Shown here: positions 57,673 through 64,000 of the stretch, piece after piece
How positions within the stretch are numbered: the stretch's first letter is position 1
Layout: each line of letters begins with the position of its first letter
DNA from: Candidatus Latescibacterota bacterium
Lineage (GTDB): Bacteria > Latescibacterota > UBA2968 > UBA8231
Reading direction: 5' to 3'
Assembly (NCBI GenBank): GCA_965197905.1
Contig: CBDAOB010000003.1
Span: 544,001 to 608,000, forward strand
DNA length: 64,000 bases
Position numbers and translations under genes: made by a program
Notes under the pieces: generated by a model
Told to the model about the DNA's origin: nothing
Seen by the model: the letters and a program-made list of their open reading frames with translations, nothing else
The model's database searches: none

Positions 57673-58152
57673 ATGCTCGCTCGCACTAGCCGCATTTCTG
57701 CCTGGATCGCCGCGCTGCCATTTACCCTTCTGTTCGCCGCCGCCGACCTGCAAGCCCACTGCCAGGTTCCGTGCGGCATATATGATGACGATGCCCGCGT
57801 CACCCAGCTCCGGGAAGATGCCACGACGATCGGCAAGGCGATCGTCAAGATTGGCGAGTTGGCCGGCAAACAGGACGCACAGTCCGCGAACCAGCTCGCG
57901 CGATGGGTTGCCAACAAGGAGAAACACGCGGCCAATATCATCGAGGTTGTGGCGGAGTATTTTCTCGCGCAGCGCGTCAAGCCCGTCGCCGAGGGCGCCA
58001 ATGGTCACGGGGCCTACCTGGAGAAACTGGGAGATCACCACGCGGTCATTGTCGCCGCGATGAAAACGAAACAGACGGGGGAGGACGGCACCGTCGACGC
58101 CCTGAACGCCGCCCTCGACGTGCTCGGCTCGCACTACAAACCCGATCACTAA
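57673..58152 (+). CDS. sodN: Nickel superoxide dismutase precursor
   Basis: Ni-hook HCQVPCGIYDD directly after a hydrophobic leader ending LQA; RWVANKEKHA, YFLAQRVKP; AAGGAG RBS. Confidence 0.93.
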   Translation: MLARTSRISAWIAALPFTLLFAAADLQAHCQVPCGIYDDDARVTQLREDATTIGKAIVKIGELAGKQDAQSANQLARWVANKEKHAANIIEVVAEYFLAQRVKPVAEGANGHGAYLEKLGDHHAVIVAAMKTKQTGEDGTVDALNAALDVLGSHYKPDH

Positions 58153-58171
58153 GGGCGCTGGAAAAGCTCCA

Positions 58172-58205
58172 TTGACTTCGACTTTGAATAGTATACATTT
58201 GTGCA
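58172..58205 (+). promoter_or_regulatory. dnaE2 promoter with putative LexA box TATAC-N4-GTGCA overlapping the -10 element
   Basis: TTGACT at 58172-58177, TACATT at 58194-58199, imperfect palindrome TATAC-ATTT-GTGCA at 58192-58205. Confidence 0.6.
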
Positions 58206-58247
58206 GGTATCGGCAGCGAGCCGAGACCGGGTCGACTGAAAGAAGAG

Positions 58248-61200
58248 GTGGAGCTCTTGGGTTTCGTTTCCCTTCATTGTCACTCCGTATTCTCTTTCCA
58301 CGCGGGGGTTTGCACCGTTCCGGAGTTGGTGGACAGGGCCAGAGTGCTCGGCATGCGAGCCCTGGCTCTGACCGATACCAACCGCATGAGCGGGCTTATT
58401 CAGTTCTATCTAGAATGTCGCCGTCAAGGTCTGAAGCCGATACTCGGGGTGGAGCTCACGGCGCCGGAGCAACCGGAGGAACACGTCGTGCTCCTGGCGC
58501 GAAACGCCAGGGGGTATGGCGATCTCTGCGAAATCGTCACCCGGCGCCAGCTGGATCCGTCAAGCTTCGCGTTGCGCGAAACCTTTGCCCGGCCCTGGCC
58601 CGATCTCGTATTGCTGACCGCCTCGCCCTGCCTGCTGGAGGTTCTGCATAGGTCGCCGAATCGTTCCCGCCTGTATGGCGAAATCGTGCGCAATTCGCCG
58701 GCTACGAGAGCTCGCGGACGCGAGCTCCAGCGCACTGCCGACACCCTCGGTGTCCCCCTTGTCGCGTCCAACGACACCTACTTTCTGGAACCGTCCGACC
58801 GCGAGATCCACAAAACCCTGCGCGCCATCGGCCTGAACGCTACGATCTCCCGGCTACGGGAGGAAGAGCTGCAGCCGGCTCACGCCTATTTGAAATCACC
58901 CCACGAGATGGGGCGCATCTTCGCCGACCGTCCGGAGACGATCGCACGCACCCAATGCGTGGCCGACCTTTGCGACGTTCGTCTCGATCTGGGCGAATGG
59001 AAACTGCCTACCATCGCGGTCCCTGCCGGGTTCACCCCCGAGTCGTATCTGCAGAAGCTGGCCGACGAAGGTCTGCGGGCGAACTACGCCGGGTCGGAGC
59101 AGTACGAACGAGCTAGGTCGGTACAGGAAATGGAGCTGGAGGTGATCTCGAAACTGGGGTACGCCTCTTATTTTCTCTTCGTCAAAACGATTCGCGATTG
59201 GGGCAATCGCCGCTTCCGCTCGACCTACCGCAAGCCGGAAGACTGCACCATCCTCCGCGGCAGCGCCGCTAATTCCATCACCTTCTACAACATCGGCGTC
59301 AGCGATCTCGATCCGATTCGCTACGACCTGTATTTCCAGCGGTTTCTCAACGAAGACCGGGCATCCCCCCCGGACGCTGACCTCGACTTCGCATGGGACG
59401 AACGCGAGGAGGTGTACGACTATATGGTGGACACCTGGGGTCAGGACCGGGTCGCCGTCACCTGCACGACCAACCATTTTCGCCAGCGCGCCGCCTTTCG
59501 CGAAACCGCCAAGGTTTTCGGCTACAGCGAAGAGCAGATTTCAGCCATCCTAAAGAGCCACAGCTCGCTCACCAGGAAGATCCACGACCGAGAAATCGAC
59601 GAGATCTTCGCCGTTGCCGAGCGGATCGTCGGCAAGCCCCGTTTCTTGGGGCAGCACCCGGGCGGGGTGATCATCACCAACGAGCCGATCTGGCGCCACG
59701 TCGCCTGCGAATTTTCGAGCGGCGAGAAGAACCGCATGATCACGCAGATCGACATGCACAACGGCATCGATGAGCTGGGCCTCATCAAGTTCGACATTCT
59801 CGGCAACGGCTCTCTCGCGGTCCTGCGCGATGCCCTAGCACAGCTCGAGGACCAAGGCATCGAGGATCCGCAGGTGTGGAACCTGGAGAAATGCTACTCC
59901 GACCCGCAGGTTCGCGGCATCCTCAAGAGCGGACGGACGCGGGGCATATTCTACATCGAAAGCCCCGCCCAAATCAGGCTGAACCAGAAAGCTCGGGCGC
60001 AGACGTTCGAGGAGATCACCGTCACCTCAAGCCTCATTCGGCCGGCCGGAACCGCCTACACCCAGACCTACGTGGAGCGCCAGCGCAAAGCGACGCAGGG
60101 TGTGCGAGACTGGGAGTTCGTACATCCGTCTCTCGAATCGATCCTCGGCGAAACCCACGATGTGTGTGCCTTTCAAGAGGACGTAACGAAGATCTGCCAC
60201 CAGATCGCCGGACTCAGCTATAAGAAGGCCGACAAAATCAGGAAGATGATGAACAGCCTGCACGAAGGGGCTGTGCCGCCGGAGGAATGGGAGCGCACCC
60301 AGCGGGAGTTTCTCGACGGCTGCCGCCGCCACAACGGGCTCAACGAGGATCAGGCGGCCGAACTCTGGCAGCGCGTCAGCTCGTTCACCGGCTTCAGCTT
60401 CTGCAAATCCCACAGCGCCACCTATGCCCAGCTATCCTTTCAATGCGCCTACCTCAAGACGCGGTTTCCCGCCCAGTTCCTGGCCGCGGTCATCAGCAAC
60501 GGTCACGGTTTCTATAGGAAGGAAGTCTATCTGAACGAAGCGCGTCGATGGGGCGTGCGCATTCTGCCCCTCCACATCAATACCTCGCAGATTCGGTTCT
60601 ACGGCTGCAGCGACTGGATTCGACCCGGCTTGATGCACCTGCGCAATCTGAGACGCTCCAGTATGGAGACCGTGATCGAGGAACGGACCGAAGGGGGACC
60701 GTTCCTCGGCCTGGAGGATTTCGTCCGGCGAGTGCCTATCCACAGGCAGGAGATCGAGAATCTCGTGCTCGTCGGGGCGTTCGATGGTTTTGGGTTGACA
60801 CATCCGGAGTTGCTCTTCCAGCTGGACGGTCGCGGCTCAGCGGCGAACGGGAACCAGGTGGAGCTCCAGCTCTTCGATTCGGCGGCGCCCGGATTTCAGC
60901 GTGGTCTCATCGATTTCACCCTCACCGAGCGCTGCCTGAACGAGCTTCGCCTGCTGGGATATATGTTGTCCGGAAACATCCTTGACATCCTCGATCTTCA
61001 CCCCGCTTCCAAAGGAGCGGTGCCGACGCGGGAGATTCGGTCCCACGTGGGTCGGCGCATCAAGCTGTTCGGCTGGCCTATCACCGAGCGTGGTCATCGC
61101 GTCGCGCGCTCGCAACAGCTCATGATGTTCATCACCCTGGAGGACAAGACCGAGTGCGCCGACGTCATCCTGTGGCCCGACGTACTGGAGCGCTTCGGCG

Positions 61201-61400
61201 ACGAGCTGGTAGAGCCCGGACCTCTGGAGATTTGGGGCACGGTAAGTGAGGACTGGGAAACCTTCTCTGTCGAGGCCGACTTCGTGCGCGCCGTAGAATG
61301 GTCGCCGGCGTTGATCGACTTCGAGCTGGCGGCGCAGCGTTTGAAAGATTCCTTCGAGGAGAGTACCTATGCGGACATCCGGCATCTCGGCGCAGCCTGA
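58248..61400 (+). CDS. dnaE2: Error-prone DNA polymerase III alpha subunit
   Basis: PHP domain LHCHS.FS and ALTD; RGSAANS, PDADLDF, HPGG, KFDILG, FQED, FCKSH; C-terminal OB fold; about 1050 aa; coupled to an imuB-like gene. Confidence 0.92.
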   Translation: MELLGFVSLHCHSVFSFHAGVCTVPELVDRARVLGMRALALTDTNRMSGLIQFYLECRRQGLKPILGVELTAPEQPEEHVVLLARNARGYGDLCEIVTRRQLDPSSFALRETFARPWPDLVLLTASPCLLEVLHRSPNRSRLYGEIVRNSPATRARGRELQRTADTLGVPLVASNDTYFLEPSDREIHKTLRAIGLNATISRLREEELQPAHAYLKSPHEMGRIFADRPETIARTQCVADLCDVRLDLGEWKLPTIAVPAGFTPESYLQKLADEGLRANYAGSEQYERARSVQEMELEVISKLGYASYFLFVKTIRDWGNRRFRSTYRKPEDCTILRGSAANSITFYNIGVSDLDPIRYDLYFQRFLNEDRASPPDADLDFAWDEREEVYDYMVDTWGQDRVAVTCTTNHFRQRAAFRETAKVFGYSEEQISAILKSHSSLTRKIHDREIDEIFAVAERIVGKPRFLGQHPGGVIITNEPIWRHVACEFSSGEKNRMITQIDMHNGIDELGLIKFDILGNGSLAVLRDALAQLEDQGIEDPQVWNLEKCYSDPQVRGILKSGRTRGIFYIESPAQIRLNQKARAQTFEEITVTSSLIRPAGTAYTQTYVERQRKATQGVRDWEFVHPSLESILGETHDVCAFQEDVTKICHQIAGLSYKKADKIRKMMNSLHEGAVPPEEWERTQREFLDGCRRHNGLNEDQAAELWQRVSSFTGFSFCKSHSATYAQLSFQCAYLKTRFPAQFLAAVISNGHGFYRKEVYLNEARRWGVRILPLHINTSQIRFYGCSDWIRPGLMHLRNLRRSSMETVIEERTEGGPFLGLEDFVRRVPIHRQEIENLVLVGAFDGFGLTHPELLFQLDGRGSAANGNQVELQLFDSAAPGFQRGLIDFTLTERCLNELRLLGYMLSGNILDILDLHPASKGAVPTREIRSHVGRRIKLFGWPITERGHRVARSQQLMMFITLEDKTECADVILWPDVLERFGDELVEPGPLEIWGTVSEDWETFSVEADFVRAVEWSPALIDFELAAQRLKDSFEESTYADIRHLGAA

Positions 61401-62640
61401 TCCTCTCCATCTCGCCGTCAAGCTGCGCGACGTCGCAGCGCAGGCCATAGAATCCCGGGAGGTCGCTTTCCAGGGCCGCCCATTCGTTGTCGTTCGGCAA
61501 CGCGCCGACAGCCACCGCAGCAGCGTTTTCGCGCCTTCGAGAGAGGCAAAGAAACGCGGCGTCGAGGCGGGCATGCCGGTTTTCATCGCCAGACGAAGAT
61601 TGCCCAATTTGGAGGTCGTGTTGCGACCCAAGGATTACGAAGAGGATCTACGCGCCGAAATGCGCCGACTGATGGAATCGATCACCCCGGCTTTCGGCTG
61701 CCACGGAAGGGACGTGTGGTTGCTGGATCTTACCGGAACCCCGGCGCAACGTGGCCCCGACGCGCGGGCATTCGCCGAGTCACTTCGCGCCGATCTGGCT
61801 GAGCGCGCCGGTTTGCAGGGTGCGACTATCGGTATTTCCAGGTCCGAGCTTCTTGCCCGCATGCAGGCAGCCGCCGGCGAGACGGACGAGATTTGCATCT
61901 GTGAGGACGGGGAGGAAAGCCAGCTGTTGGCCGGATTCGAGGCTCGCCTTCTGCCCGGGCTGTCTCGATCATGCCGCGCTCTGCTGGCCAAGTACGGTCT
62001 GAAGAAGGTGGGCCAGATACGTCTGCTCGGCAGAAAATCGCTGGTGAAACGCTTCGGAACAGAGGGCGAGAAGCTGTTCGAACTGGTTCGCGGCGTCAGC
62101 TCCCTTCGCGTCGGACCGCGCCACCAGGGTTTCTTCGCGGAAACGATTCTCGATTGGGATGTGGTCGACCGGAACGTCCTCGAACAGTGCGTGCGTTATA
62201 CCGCCGACAAACTCTGCTACGAGCTGCGTCAGCGGGATGTCCACCTGTCTTCCTTTGCGTTGGCGGTGCAATATTCCGACGGAGGACGGAAACAACGATC
62301 CAAGGTACTGGCTCGCCCGGCCAACACCTATGTCGTCGTTGCGGACGCTGCCGCCGAGCTGTTCGAGCAGCTGTGCCAGCGGCGAATCGCCGCGAAGTCC
62401 GTACGGATCAACGCCTCCAAGGTTCGCCCGGAATCCCCTCAGCTGGATCTGTTCGAATCGAGCCAGGACAGAAGGAGCCGCTCCCTCGGCGGGTCGATCC
62501 GCAAGATTCGCGACCGCTCCGGGTTCGGCGGCATTCTCGCGGCTTCGATGCTGCCGGTCTACGAGCGCGACCCGACGGAGGCTCTGCAGTCAGCCGCCGC
62601 GCGATCCAGGGGTCGCGCTAGAACTTCGCGTCGATCTTGA
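61369..62640 (+). CDS. imuB: ImuB-like inactive Y-family polymerase
   Basis: SREAKKRGVEAGMP, LLDLTG, little-finger region and QLDLF clamp motif; lacks the DxDxF and SxDE catalytic motifs. Confidence 0.8.
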   Translation: MRTSGISAQPDPLHLAVKLRDVAAQAIESREVAFQGRPFVVVRQRADSHRSSVFAPSREAKKRGVEAGMPVFIARRRLPNLEVVLRPKDYEEDLRAEMRRLMESITPAFGCHGRDVWLLDLTGTPAQRGPDARAFAESLRADLAERAGLQGATIGISRSELLARMQAAAGETDEICICEDGEESQLLAGFEARLLPGLSRSCRALLAKYGLKKVGQIRLLGRKSLVKRFGTEGEKLFELVRGVSSLRVGPRHQGFFAETILDWDVVDRNVLEQCVRYTADKLCYELRQRDVHLSSFALAVQYSDGGRKQRSKVLARPANTYVVVADAAAELFEQLCQRRIAAKSVRINASKVRPESPQLDLFESSQDRRSRSLGGSIRKIRDRSGFGGILAASMLPVYERDPTEALQSAAARSRGRARTSRRS

Positions 62641-63797
62641 ATGCCGCTTTGTAGAATCGGTCGCCTTCTTCGTCGGCGCCGGAGATGACCTTGGCGCCGA
62701 GATCGATATTCCTGTTGTAGGCGTAGCGAAATCCGGTGGAGACTTGAAAATAGGTGCCGGCGAAGCGGTAATCCAGATCCTTTTCCAGGTCTATCTCCAG
62801 CAGCTCGGAGTCGTAGGTCTCGAAGAAAATGTTCCACCGGAGACCTTCCATGAGCCGCTCGCTGAGGTCGTAGTTTCCCTGCACGTAAAAACCCTTGGTT
62901 GCCACATCGATGACGTCATTGCTGATGTAGATCAGCTCTCCGAGCAGGGTCAATCTGTAGGTCGTGCGATAGCGATAATACAGACCGAAGGCGTGATTCG
63001 GATCCGGAAAGTCGTGAGCATATGTAGTTGGCACCGAAATCGACCCGGTCGAGGCTGGTTCCGAGCTTCATCACGATGTCCTTGCGGTTGTTGTCGTCCC
63101 GATTGGACAGCGTATTGGAGCCTTGAAGCACGGCGGCTTCATAGGAGAGCCCGTGGTCGAGCAGATGGCCTTGGGCGACCAACCCCAGGTCGGTACGCCG
63201 CAGCGCCACCCCGAGAGAGATCGGATCCGTTTTCAATGCGCTGAGATTGCGAAAGATGGAATAGTCGTCCCAGAATCCGAACGGGTTGCGCACTCGGCCG
63301 AGCTGCAACCCGAACTGGTCGCTGAAGAAGAAACCGACCTGGGCTCTCTCGAACCCGGACTTCTCGCTCTCCGCATCCAGTTCCCGAATCTTCTTCGTAA
63401 TCAGGTTGTCAATGCGCGTCTTTCGCGGGTTGGTATCGTCGTCGCCGACGCCCTCCAGCGCCTCGGCAATGGTCAAGAATCCACCCAGCAGGTAAAGATC
63501 GGAGGTTAAAGGCCTGAATTCGATGATGAAGTCCGATTTGGAACCGAGATCACCCTCTAGATTGACGAAGATGTTGTTGAAGTAAAATCGACTGTTCTCC
63601 TTCAGCCCTTCCCTGATTCGGTCGGTCAGATTGTGGAAATAGATGGTCTCCATGCGACCGGAAAGCAGCAGATTGTCGTAGCTGTCTGTGCCTTCGTCTA
63701 CCTCCCCGAAAACGGCGGACACGACCACCAGCGCAGACGAGAGGATCCACCGCGCCCGCGAGAATTCCGACCGGGTTTCATTCATGGAATTCACCAT
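62618..63797 (-). pseudogene. Porin-like outer-membrane beta-barrel protein, frameshifted near 63023
   Basis: Signal peptide, LQLGR..NPFG, DLG, DDNNRKD. One extra base in GCC AAC TAC A TAT GCT CAC links the two track ORFs. Ends in a terminal Phe (KIDAKF). Confidence 0.7.
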
Positions 63798-64000
63798 CTT
63801 TGTAGCGCCTCAGGATGGTCTTGGCGACTTGAGAGCTGACCTTCCCCGCCTGCAGCAGCTCGTGTATGGCGACGGAAAGCAGCTTGGGTTTCAACACCAC
63901 CATCGTACCTTGCGAAATATAGATATCTTCCAGGTAGATCTGCAGCTTCATGGTGACGAACTGAGCCTCGGTGCCGTTCTCCTTCTCGACGAGACTCAAG
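63778..64000 (-). CDS. 3' end of a hypothetical protein (partial)
   Basis: Frame open to the right edge; the stop overlaps the start region of the downstream gene. Confidence 0.55.
   Translation of the reverse strand, partial: LSLVEKENGTEAQFVTMKLQIYLEDIYISQGTMVVLKPKLLSVAIHELLQAGKVSSQVAKTILRRYKDGEFHE

Overview
This is a GC-rich bacterial chromosomal segment. FlgD/'QNxPNPFN' sorting domains, several phytanoyl-CoA dioxygenase (PhyH) paralogues, enolase-family enzymes and BNR proteins suggest an FCB-group organism such as Latescibacterota; this is inference only. The window holds about 50 mostly metabolic or secreted-protein genes. All family calls come from motif recognition by eye, not database searches. 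Main observations: (1) an 88-aa DUF5069-like gene missing from the ORF track has an in-frame UGA at the family's Cys position followed by a SECIS-like hairpin, making it a candidate selenoprotein inside a tight lectin-like/kinase/Sec-protein/2x Fe-2OG oxygenase operon, where one oxygenase has a halogenase-like HxG motif; (2) a cspA locus has a long leader with six tandem GTAG-N3/4-CTAC mini-palindromes and is followed by a small protein that seems to start at AUC/AUU; (3) a complete 2141-nt group II intron is inserted antisense into a BNR/sialidase gene, with a visible EBS1/IBS1 match and a nonsense mutation in the host gene; (4) a DUF3179 protein looks circularly permuted; (5) a dnaE2-imuB cassette sits behind a Fibrobacter-type LexA box; (6) there is a catalytically degenerate RNase II-like protein plus several pseudogenes and relics. 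No rRNA, tRNA or CRISPR array was seen.
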